IMG/VR virus record: IMGVR_UViG_3300042555_002918 | Span: 32,001-96,000 of that record | Length of the DNA stretch: 64,000 bases | Source of the DNA: a virus | Reading direction: 5' to 3' (one strand) | Made by a program: the position numbers and the translations under genes | Notes under the pieces: model-generated | Told to the model about the DNA's origin: nothing | The model's database searches: none | What the model saw: the letters and a program-made list of their open reading frames with translations, nothing else | Part shown: positions 52,792 to 61,368 of the stretch, piece by piece | Position numbering within the stretch: position 1 is the first letter of the stretch | Layout: the number at the start of each line of letters is the position of its first letter

Positions 52792-53211
52792 TTAGTTCAT
52801 GAGTTTGGGGTTATAGCGTCGGACTCCGAACTTCTCATCGTCGGTAAGACCAGCAGAGTGGACGTCTTCTACCCCAGCGGCTTGGAAAAAGCGTTGACGG
52901 TCAAAACGAGGATTAGACTTGCTGAAAACGTCAGCATGGTGCTGTGCCATCTCAGCTCGTTTCTTAGTGTCAGATATTGCCTTAATTGAATCAGCGGCAA
53001 GTTGAAAGTGTTTACGGGTAAGGCGACCCTCGGCCAGAAGCTCTTCGTTCTGCTCCTTCACAAGAACACCAGTTTTAATCAGAAGTTCCACGTATTCTCG
53101 AATCTGCTTCTCGTATTGAGCATCGAGAATATCTTTAGCTTCTTTAACGAAATCCATCAGGTCTTCGTTCTTGATGTTCTGGACAAACTTTCGAGTCATA
53201 TATGCCGTCAA
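52792..53211 (-). CDS. Late protein with Glu-rich N-terminal half and small C-terminal module
   Basis: LVKE..EELLAE then TRKHF..A...NPRFD..RF..A; AATAAATA at 53239-53246. Confidence 0.6.
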   Translation of the reverse strand: MTAYMTRKFVQNIKNEDLMDFVKEAKDILDAQYEKQIREYVELLIKTGVLVKEQNEELLAEGRLTRKHFQLAADSIKAISDTKKRAEMAQHHADVFSKSNPRFDRQRFFQAAGVEDVHSAGLTDDEKFGVRRYNPKLMN

Positions 53212-53241
53212 ATATTATTAACTTCCGTTAGCCGAATCTAT

Positions 53242-53478
53242 TTATTCGCTCTTCACGCCCTCTCTCTCAAGAATTGCCAAAGCTTCATCCAAATCCATAA
53301 AAGAGGAGATATCAAATTGATCCCGTTCACCTCGTACTAGCACCTCTCCCTTACACCGAAGCTCAAGGCGGCCCTGGCGGAAATGGATCTCAATTTGTTT
53401 TTTGTTTGAAAGACGTCCAACCCAGGACGATGGACAACTAAAGGAGGTCTGAGTGAGGCTTGCCTTTACAATCTTCAT
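53242..53478 (-). CDS. Hypothetical protein
   Basis: CPSSW.G motif; GGTAATGC-N21-TAGCGT (53538-53572) upstream. Confidence 0.6.
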   Translation of the reverse strand: MKIVKASLTQTSFSCPSSWVGRLSNKKQIEIHFRQGRLELRCKGEVLVRGERDQFDISSFMDLDEALAILEREGVKSE

Positions 53479-53572
53479 ATCACCGCTTCGCTTGATTTTC
53501 CTTGTACAACTATTTAGGACTCAACATCGGCAAACCAACGCTATCAGAACTATCAGTAAGGCGAGCATTACC

Positions 53573-55549
53573 TTATATTGCTTCGTGACGAGCTCCTGAC
53601 TCAATAATGAGGTACTGTGTTGTTCCAATCTGTAAAATCAGTGGGGTTGGATACTTGGAACCGGGCTTCTTAAACCTCCAGTGGTCTCGCCCTCCATTGC
53701 CGTTACCGGAGTATCGACCAGCTTCGATGAATCGTCCCTTCTTGTGCACGGGCCGCTTTACCTTCCAGGTCGTAATTGACCCGCCCTTGCTCTTATATAC
53801 AAGGGTTGCGTCCTCTAGCTGTCCCGTTGGGAGAGCCTCATACAGCTTTGCCTTCTGCCCTAGGGCGTGAGAAAGAACTACCAGCTTACCGTCGGAGTCT
53901 GCCGTAGGTTTATACAGGTCTTGGGCTCGTTTAGTTCCTTCGACCACGGAATCCCCGTTGAAGATATACCCTTCCTTTGGTGTGAAACTTGTAACTAAGT
54001 CGCTTTTGTTATCGGCGTCATTTTCCTCAAAGTCTACGGAGGGAGCTGGTATAACAGGAATCGGAACCACTACGCCTATACCGGCGGCAATTTCTGTAAG
54101 TTCAGAATAATGGGCGCGGATGAAGTTTCCGGTTGTGAATGGGCTATCAAAAAACGTGAGAGGACCTTCAGTTAATACGACCCTTCCCGCTTTGAGCACG
54201 TTACCGCCTCTAGCCTCAATCTTTGTATCGTTACCCTCAATTTGAACATCACCTTTGGCTTTTACCTTAATCTCTCCCTCAACAGCTACATTAAGGTCCC
54301 CTTTGATAAGGATGCGCACATCGCCATCGACTACGGTATATGCGTTCTTTGCAATTTTCGTGTTGGCATTGCCTCCGACTTTGACGTTTAAATCGCTTCC
54401 TGAGTCCTGATTCATCGCTCCGCCAGACTCCAGAGTAACCTCCTGTATGCCGAGGGCTCGTAAAGTCTCCTTAGCGGTAATGTTGACGCTCTTCTCTGAA
54501 ACGTAACTTGAGTTACCCAGTGCCAAGTCAAACCGGTCATTTACCGCTTTGTCGACCTGCTTTCCATCGGGGTGAATCTCTTTAAATGTTCCGCTTCGAT
54601 GGAAGAAATGAAGTCTCTCTGCCAGTGGGGTATCATCGTATTCGATTACGTGCCCTGACTCTGACTCGTAAACGTGGTTAAATGGATACTGGGCAGCATA
54701 AGGTGTTTCTGGTTCTCCCATCGACTCGCCGTCAGATGCTTTATCGGTCCCTACACCCATGGCGGCATGTGTTGCAGTCGGCGCAGTCAGAGACGCCCCC
54801 TTCTTTCTTGCTACAAGGGTTTGATCCGTATTTTCATTCCTCGCTAATCGGCTTGCTACTGATTCTCTGAGTTGATGCTCAAGGGGATATCTTGAAATTG
54901 GGACCTGGGGGGTGTCCGCTGGACCTGCGCCGTCAAAGAAATCTCCCTCATCATCGCCTGAGCCAGTAGTTCCGTCTTGGTCAGGGTCTATAAGAAGTGA
55001 TGCGTCAGATGAATCGTATTTTCCGTCTCCATTGACATCATATGGGAAAGGATTTACCCCGAACTCTTTAGCAAGTTGTCCGGTCGATGTTGACTGAATT
55101 GGCAACTTGTCGGGATTTTCATATTTACCAGTGGCAGACTCCCCCGACTCTGATGATTCAGGTGTTGGAGGAGGAATCATCTCTGGGGGACGGGCGACTT
55201 TACCGGCAATCAGGTTTTCGTCTGGGGTTGGATCGTTATACCCCTCATTTGGATTTGCTGGCTTCTCGGGAATCCCGGGAATCTTACCCAGGATTATAGG
55301 ATACTGCTTTGCTTCGCCGTCTCTAAAATACCCAGCAACAAAATCTCCCTCTTTGTATCCAACAACGTTCTTTCCATCATCGGCCGGGAGTAACGGCATC
55401 GCCCACGGTAAGCTATCAGTGGGCATCTTTTGCTTGTCGGCATCGTGAAATCCGATTGCTCGAACCCTTACTCTTCCGATGAAAAGTGGGTCGTTTCTGT
55501 CCTCTACGACACCCTCAAAGAGAATCAGTTCTTTTCCGCCGAAAAACAT
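53573..55549 (-). CDS. gp5: Baseplate hub/spike, T4 gp5-like, no lysozyme domain seen
   Basis: GVVEDR.DP...GRVRVR..G.H...LPWA OB-fold; YP.NHV.ESESGH..E.DDTP..ER....H.SGT; beta-helix repeats; CATAAATA at 55556-55563. Confidence 0.88.
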   Translation of the reverse strand: MFFGGKELILFEGVVEDRNDPLFIGRVRVRAIGFHDADKQKMPTDSLPWAMPLLPADDGKNVVGYKEGDFVAGYFRDGEAKQYPIILGKIPGIPEKPANPNEGYNDPTPDENLIAGKVARPPEMIPPPTPESSESGESATGKYENPDKLPIQSTSTGQLAKEFGVNPFPYDVNGDGKYDSSDASLLIDPDQDGTTGSGDDEGDFFDGAGPADTPQVPISRYPLEHQLRESVASRLARNENTDQTLVARKKGASLTAPTATHAAMGVGTDKASDGESMGEPETPYAAQYPFNHVYESESGHVIEYDDTPLAERLHFFHRSGTFKEIHPDGKQVDKAVNDRFDLALGNSSYVSEKSVNITAKETLRALGIQEVTLESGGAMNQDSGSDLNVKVGGNANTKIAKNAYTVVDGDVRILIKGDLNVAVEGEIKVKAKGDVQIEGNDTKIEARGGNVLKAGRVVLTEGPLTFFDSPFTTGNFIRAHYSELTEIAAGIGVVVPIPVIPAPSVDFEENDADNKSDLVTSFTPKEGYIFNGDSVVEGTKRAQDLYKPTADSDGKLVVLSHALGQKAKLYEALPTGQLEDATLVYKSKGGSITTWKVKRPVHKKGRFIEAGRYSGNGNGGRDHWRFKKPGSKYPTPLILQIGTTQYLIIESGARHEAI

Positions 55550-55564
55550 AGTGGTTATTTATGC

Positions 55565-56419
55565 TCAAAAATTCGTTATTAGATATTCAGATACCGAACC
55601 GCGCCCCTTTCCCTTGCATGAGATATTCCGAGGAGCCTTCACCTCAATGAAAGTGTATCCCGAGAAAATGTCCTCAGTTTCCTTACACTTGGAATTGGAC
55701 AAAATTACCTTCATCCCAAGGTCAGTCAGCTTGTCCACCTTTCGGCGCAGTTTACGTTGTTCAGAAAGTCCAAACTGTTTCCAATATCCAGTAAAGCTTG
55801 CAGTCTTTGATATTGGTATATAAGGAGGGTCTATGTACGCCAGAACGGAGGCCCCTTCCTTTGCTGTAGGGATGGCCACCTTGTCCAAAAACCTACTCCA
55901 GTCTGCACAGTGCAAAGATGCATTGGCGCTTAAAATCGAAGAGACATCTTCAAGGTGCTCATATGGCAAAGTCGGCAGTGACTTATACTTACCAGCCGGA
56001 ACATTAAATTCACCCTGAGAGTTGTAACGAATCAGTCCGTTGAATCCTCTCTTATTGAGAAAATAAAACATAGCTGCTTGTTCGTGAGGGGGAGAGCGGC
56101 GCTCGTTAAACGCCTGTCTTACTTCCAGATACAGCTTAGTCGGGTCGGAATCTTTAAGCGTGTCGACGAGTTTCTGGAAGTTTTCTGATACCGCCCGAGG
56201 GTTGATGGATATTTGCCTCCAGAAATTTACAAGATCCGGATTAGCGTCGTTTAATGCCATGTATGGATATCGTCGTCCAATGTTTAATGCGACGGATGCT
56301 CCCCCGACAAATGGCTCCACATACAGATCTACACTCCCCCGGGGCAACGCGGTGTCGATTGCGTCAAGTAACGCATATTTACCGCCCGGATATTTGAGGA
56401 GAGATCTAGTCCAACCCAT
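55565..56419 (-). CDS. dam: DNA adenine methyltransferase, Dam family
   Basis: LKYPGGK, EPFVGG, FNGL.RYN..G.FNVP.G, DPPY, SNS. Confidence 0.93.
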   Translation of the reverse strand: MGWTRSLLKYPGGKYALLDAIDTALPRGSVDLYVEPFVGGASVALNIGRRYPYMALNDANPDLVNFWRQISINPRAVSENFQKLVDTLKDSDPTKLYLEVRQAFNERRSPPHEQAAMFYFLNKRGFNGLIRYNSQGEFNVPAGKYKSLPTLPYEHLEDVSSILSANASLHCADWSRFLDKVAIPTAKEGASVLAYIDPPYIPISKTASFTGYWKQFGLSEQRKLRRKVDKLTDLGMKVILSNSKCKETEDIFSGYTFIEVKAPRNISCKGKGRGSVSEYLITNF

Positions 56420-57057
56420 TATTCCCCTTCATCCACGGCAGCCGGACTACCTTCGGAATGAACAGTCTGCGCTCCTTGTTCCTCTCCGAGTTCAAGGAGG
56501 ATTTGGGAAAACAGCTCCCTGTCCTTTGGTGAAACCCTAAAGTCATGATCAAGAGTTGCACTCATATTCATAAGAATATAGCCAAGGGCGTCATGAATGT
56601 AGTCGATACAAAGCCTCTTGGCCTCATCTGAGAGGTCTTGTCTTGCTTGAATGTTTTCTCCTCCTGAAGAGGCAAACACTCCAATCACACTTGTAAGCAC
56701 TGACATGCCAATCATGTAGCCGAATGACTTACCGATCTTTATGAGCCTGTGTCCCTTCTCCAGGCTTGAAAACGTCGTCCCTCGACGTGCCAACACTTTT
56801 TGGACCATCGGCGTAGCCATTGCGGAAAACCTCATGCTTTTGTCGCTTGGGTCGTGGATAAACACCTGCAACGTTTTGTCGAGCTTAGCGGCGAGCTCTG
56901 CTACGGGACTCTTTCGCACTTCCCTAACAGCCCTTGCCGAAAGCCTTAAAATGAGAGTACCAGCCTCAGAAACCCCTTCAGTCAGAGCTTGCTCAAAAGT
57001 CCTTTCCTGAATTTTAGCTATGGTGCCTTGAGTAGTTGTCATCGTCGGTTCTTCCAC
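56419..57057 (-). CDS. Hypothetical protein
   Basis: 212 aa ORF coupled to primase and dam. Confidence 0.6.
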   Translation of the reverse strand: MEEPTMTTTQGTIAKIQERTFEQALTEGVSEAGTLILRLSARAVREVRKSPVAELAAKLDKTLQVFIHDPSDKSMRFSAMATPMVQKVLARRGTTFSSLEKGHRLIKIGKSFGYMIGMSVLTSVIGVFASSGGENIQARQDLSDEAKRLCIDYIHDALGYILMNMSATLDHDFRVSPKDRELFSQILLELGEEQGAQTVHSEGSPAAVDEGE

Positions 57058-58052
57058 TTAATCATTTTTAGTCTAGCCGCTTGTCCCTTATGGGAATTTG
57101 AAAGGATAAACGCCGATATTTCCCTCACGGTTGCGCCGTTCTTGACCATCTCGTTAATGTCCTTACCTTTGAAGGGACAGTCTGCCCAAATACAAACCGA
57201 CCGATCCTCACTTAGAGCCTTCTCCATGTTCTTAACGATCTGAGGATTTTCCGGCTCGTTGTCGAATATCAGTATTGAGTTTACGTCGGGAAACGATCTG
57301 CAGAACATTCCCAGCTCGGCATGACAGACCGCTACTGCATTAGGGAGGAACAGTGCATCAATTGGCCCTTCGGTCACCAAGACCGGCAGGTTGGGATTCA
57401 TTCGTTCAAGACCAAAGAAGCACTTTTGATCGTCGCTTTTGGCCGTTGCATACCGAATGGGAGAGCCGTTCATACTCCTACCGGAAATAGCGACGAGCTC
57501 CCTTTTGGTGTTGTAAATCGGGATAACTAATCTCTCATCTTCAGGAAATCGCCCGCCCTTACCGGGAAACACCTCTTCTACAAGCTCTCGGTAATTAGCT
57601 GTGTAAAAGAGAAGCTTGTGTCGAGAGGAAGGAATTTGCCGGGAGGAGACGTACATTCTGGCTACGTGGTCCTCTGGAAGAGAGAGAATGTTTACCATCC
57701 TATCGTAGCTATCTTTCTTGACCGACACTAGCTTAGGGATGAATGTGAACTTATAGCTTGGCTCCTCTTGTACCGATTCCTTTCTCCACTCTGACCAGGT
57801 GCCTTCGTCCAGATGCCGGAGCAGGCTGCCGAAGCTTTTTGCCTCTCCGCAGTTCTGACATTTAAAGAAGGTCTTCCCCTGATACACGTAGACGTATCCG
57901 CGAGCTTTCCATCTGACTTTCTTTGAATCGCCACACAGTGGACATGAGAAATTGGCCTTGAATTGCTCAAGCTCTTTGAAATTTCGCAGACGATGCGAAA
58001 CCAAATTCAGGAATTTGAAATCCGTGTGTACACCCACGAGCATATAGTACAT
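57039..58052 (-). CDS. gp61: DNA primase, T4 gp61-like (probable GTG start 58037)
   Basis: CPLCGDS....KARG; FKC.NC; EGPID..F..N; FDNEP.N; KDINEM; GGTAATGC-N21-TACTAT ends 6 nt before GTG 58037. Confidence 0.92.
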   Translation of the reverse strand: MYYMLVGVHTDFKFLNLVSHRLRNFKELEQFKANFSCPLCGDSKKVRWKARGYVYVYQGKTFFKCQNCGEAKSFGSLLRHLDEGTWSEWRKESVQEEPSYKFTFIPKLVSVKKDSYDRMVNILSLPEDHVARMYVSSRQIPSSRHKLLFYTANYRELVEEVFPGKGGRFPEDERLVIPIYNTKRELVAISGRSMNGSPIRYATAKSDDQKCFFGLERMNPNLPVLVTEGPIDALFLPNAVAVCHAELGMFCRSFPDVNSILIFDNEPENPQIVKNMEKALSEDRSVCIWADCPFKGKDINEMVKNGATVREISAFILSNSHKGQAARLKMIKWKNRR

Positions 58053-58221
58053 GCCGTGATCTATAGCCGGGCATTACCCAACCCTGCTTTGTCAAAAGGT
58101 AATGTTCTCCGCCTTTGCCGATTAGCTAACCTCTTGAAATTATATCACCCAAACAAATTGTTTGAAGGCGGACCACTGACCATGATACAATTGACACATT
58201 GGTTGTTTTTAGCGGGGTTGT

Positions 58222-59097
58222 ATGGCTGTAAAAACTGACATCTACGAAATCATTACTGAGCGTATTATTTCCCGCATTGAGAGTGAGGGTACGTTACCTT
58301 GGCAACAACCGTGGGGGAACTATCAAGGTGTCTCGGGCCAGCCTCAGAACTTTGTGACTAAAAAGCCATACCGGGGATGTAACGTCTGGATTCTTGCCGC
58401 TGCAAACTATCGCTCGCCCTATTGGTTAACTTTCAAACAGGCTCAATCTTTGGGAGGGACCGTCAAGAAAGGCGAAAAGGGCGTCCCAGTGATCTATTGG
58501 CAGTGGATAGAGAAAAAGGACAAAGAGGGAGAGAGAATCCCCCTCCTTCGATATTTTACAGTATTTAACGTAGAACAGTGCGAGGGATTCGAGGTTCCAC
58601 AGCTTGAGGAAGCTCCTGTTAACACCGACCAGGGCTTTGAGTCTGCAGAGAGAGTCATTGAGAACATGAAGAATCGACCGAAAATAAGATTTAACGGTCA
58701 TTCTGCCTACTACTCTCCTTCGGAAGACCTTGTCGTAATACCGAGTAAGTCCGACTTCACTTCGACAGCTGAGTTCTACAATACGACTTTCCATGAGCTT
58801 ATCCATTCGACCGGCCACTCTAGCCGATGTGCCAGGATGAAGACTCTTCAAGACTGGAATAGGTATGGCTCAGACCCATACGCTAAAGAAGAGCTCGTCG
58901 CGGAGATGGGGGCGAGCTTCCTCTGTGGAGTCGCTGGGATTGAGTCAAAGGTCGAGGATAACAGCGTAGCCTACCTTCAGGGGTGGATTAGCCGTCTTAA
59001 AGGGGACAAGAAGCTCCTTATACAGGCGGCAGCACAGGCCCAGAGAGCAGCGGACTACGTGCTTGGGACAACCGATAACAACGAACAGGAGGGATAA
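58222..59097 (+). CDS. ardC: ArdC-family ssDNA-binding antirestriction protein with zincin-like domain
   Basis: PW..PW; Y.G.N; W.TFKQA...GG.V.KGEKG; VFN.EQ; HELIHSTGH; YA.EELVAE.GA. Confidence 0.88.
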   Translation: MAVKTDIYEIITERIISRIESEGTLPWQQPWGNYQGVSGQPQNFVTKKPYRGCNVWILAAANYRSPYWLTFKQAQSLGGTVKKGEKGVPVIYWQWIEKKDKEGERIPLLRYFTVFNVEQCEGFEVPQLEEAPVNTDQGFESAERVIENMKNRPKIRFNGHSAYYSPSEDLVVIPSKSDFTSTAEFYNTTFHELIHSTGHSSRCARMKTLQDWNRYGSDPYAKEELVAEMGASFLCGVAGIESKVEDNSVAYLQGWISRLKGDKKLLIQAAAQAQRAADYVLGTTDNNEQEG

Positions 59098-59402
59098 TGT
59101 GGTTTTGTTTTAATGATGGATTCATCAGTGCAGTGCAGCATCGAGACGAGCCGGATATGCTTGTAGTAAGAGCGAGACGCAGGGATATCCTGGGTAACCT
59201 CTTTCCCGAGCACAAGGTAATTGTCGGTGGGTCTACCGACTACAATTACCGGGTCTTCATTGGAAAAAAGGACTTTAGCGCAGTTGTGGCAAAGCGTATC
59301 CAGGCCATCGACTACTCCAATTTCAAGAACAGCGTAGAAGACGACGACCTACACGCTCTGTATGCTGACTTCTGGCAGCTACACTACGCATATCAAAGGT
59401 GA
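59097..59402 (+). CDS. Conserved hypothetical protein
   Basis: MW....GF.S.V....L.VRAR; DY.YR; IDY.NFK. Confidence 0.7.
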   Translation: MWFCFNDGFISAVQHRDEPDMLVVRARRRDILGNLFPEHKVIVGGSTDYNYRVFIGKKDFSAVVAKRIQAIDYSNFKNSVEDDDLHALYADFWQLHYAYQR

Positions 59403-59417
59403 CCTAACCCGCTCGAC

Positions 59418-60332
59418 CTATCGGTCCTTAAGGTCCATTAGAATCTGCTTAGGGTCCTCAGGCTCATTTGGCACAACGTGTGCGTGCCAAACGTGGATGG
59501 GCTCCATGTTTGAAAAATGGGAGCCTGGCGGAAGGATTGTCGGCGTTGGATGTACTTTCAGTGTCGTGTGCCTTGGAAGTAAGTACTCATGTTCGTTGCC
59601 GACCGCAGAGTGTTCTCCGACGTACAATCCTCTCTGTCCCTTTTTAAGATGAATATGAAGCACGTGGTTGGCGCGGGCATCACCCTCTTCCGAAAGAGGC
59701 TTGGAAAACACCACAGCCGTCTTTTTGTTGATAGACGTGGATGTATAGGCTGGGAGGTGAATTTTGTTCTCTGAATTTAGAGCGGCTTTCCGCCCAGGGT
59801 GAAACCCCACTCCTGAATAGACGTGGAGGTCGTGTTTAAGTCTGTGGTGTTTTACGGCCTCATCCAAGTGCGGGATGCTGTGCTCCGCTATATTATCCCC
59901 AGGGTGAGTCTTTGTGATATGGTGCTGTAGAAGAGCCCTATTAAGACGACTGCTTTCCTCGGTATACTTCTTAACTGCTTTTCGGTGCCCATCTGAAAAA
60001 TCATGATGCGGTTGTAGTCCAGCCAAGGTTTCATGGACATTGGAGTAGGTTTCTCCTATGTGCGAATTGTCGTTTTGGCTCCTCCATTCGGCGTACTTGA
60101 CTGCGCGGGCGGCCTGAGCACTCTCATCTACCTTTTTAAGAGGCTTTTTATTGGCTGAAGAGTGGCCGCCGTGGCTATCGACAACGGTGGGGGTGCCTTT
60201 ATAGGTGGGGGGCCTATCCTGAGCGTGACTTCCGTGCGTATCGACCACAACGGCAGTTCCCCTATAGCGGGTAACCGACTTTTGTCCGCCTAATCCGGCA
60301 ATAGACTTCAGATATTGAAGAAACGTTTTCAT
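59418..60332 (-). CDS. ADP-ribosyltransferase (Alt/Mod/VIP2-like) with capsid-targeting leader
   Basis: MKTFLQYL; YT..S..LN..L; HVYSG; YTSTS; EHEYLLPR; CTAAATA at 60358-60364. Confidence 0.85.
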   Translation of the reverse strand: MKTFLQYLKSIAGLGGQKSVTRYRGTAVVVDTHGSHAQDRPPTYKGTPTVVDSHGGHSSANKKPLKKVDESAQAARAVKYAEWRSQNDNSHIGETYSNVHETLAGLQPHHDFSDGHRKAVKKYTEESSRLNRALLQHHITKTHPGDNIAEHSIPHLDEAVKHHRLKHDLHVYSGVGFHPGRKAALNSENKIHLPAYTSTSINKKTAVVFSKPLSEEGDARANHVLHIHLKKGQRGLYVGEHSAVGNEHEYLLPRHTTLKVHPTPTILPPGSHFSNMEPIHVWHAHVVPNEPEDPKQILMDLKDR

Positions 60333-60369
60333 AGCGGGGTACCACAAACTCCCCCACTATTTAGGTGCG

Positions 60370-61338
60370 TTACTTAACCCCAACCGATGTCTTTTTCTTA
60401 GAAGCACCCGTGTCTTTTCGCTTTGGGACTTTGGCCTTGCTGGTTGAATCATTTAACTCGCTCGGTATGACATGGGCGTGCCAGATGTAGGTCTTGTAGT
60501 CATTACCGGCGTGCCCTCCTTCAGGAACGACTGAGGGTTTAGGGTGAACCTTGAGTGTTGTATGTCGAGGAAGGATGTACTCGTACTCATTTTGGTCATA
60601 ATTAGAGTGTTTTCCGACGTAGAGGCCCTTCTGTCCCTTTTTTAGATGGATGTGCAGAACGTGATTAACTGGTTCATGATTGTATTTGTCGGTCGTTCCT
60701 TCGATAGCGTGGGAAAAGACAGTAGCAGTCTTTTTGCAAATCGAAGTAGATGTATATGCGGGTAGGTGAAGATTGCCCTTATGACACATTTCACACTTTT
60801 CTCCTGGATGAAAGCCTACCCCAGAGTAGACATGAAGATCGTGCTTCAGTTTGTTGTGACCAATAGCCTGGTCTAATTTATGGATGTTGTGTTCATCCAC
60901 TTTTGGAGGGTCGTCATATCCGGCCTCGTAATGTTTGAGAAGGGTGCGATTAACATGACGACTATAGGTCGTGTACATTTCAACAGCGTCAGAATGATCG
61001 CGAATATTGCTTATTGGATATTTCTTATCCAAGTGAGTTTCAATTTCGTCATGATTATTTCCAAGGTGGTGATTGTCGTTATTTGACTCCCATTGGGCGA
61101 AATGTTTCCATTTCCTAGCCTTTTTAAATGACCACGCCTCATCGAGTTTCTGTTTTTTTGCCAGAGTCGATGAAAGTGACTGAGATGCCGAGACATCTGT
61201 CGCCTGCGCTATGCTCTTTTTTCTGAGAGCCTTATGTTTTGAATGGGACCCGTGGGTATCAACAACAACCGGGGTGCCCGTAAAGCGGGGCACACCTCTC
61301 AGGATTTTCTGAGAGATGAATTGAAGAAATGTTTTCAT
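60370..61338 (-). CDS. ADP-ribosyltransferase paralogue with capsid-targeting leader
   Basis: MKTFLQFI; HVYSG; YTSTS; EYEYILPR; CATAAATA at 61366-61373. Confidence 0.85.
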   Translation of the reverse strand: MKTFLQFISQKILRGVPRFTGTPVVVDTHGSHSKHKALRKKSIAQATDVSASQSLSSTLAKKQKLDEAWSFKKARKWKHFAQWESNNDNHHLGNNHDEIETHLDKKYPISNIRDHSDAVEMYTTYSRHVNRTLLKHYEAGYDDPPKVDEHNIHKLDQAIGHNKLKHDLHVYSGVGFHPGEKCEMCHKGNLHLPAYTSTSICKKTATVFSHAIEGTTDKYNHEPVNHVLHIHLKKGQKGLYVGKHSNYDQNEYEYILPRHTTLKVHPKPSVVPEGGHAGNDYKTYIWHAHVIPSELNDSTSKAKVPKRKDTGASKKKTSVGVK

Positions 61339-61368
61339 AATTAACTAGTAGGTTGATCCACTAGTTAT

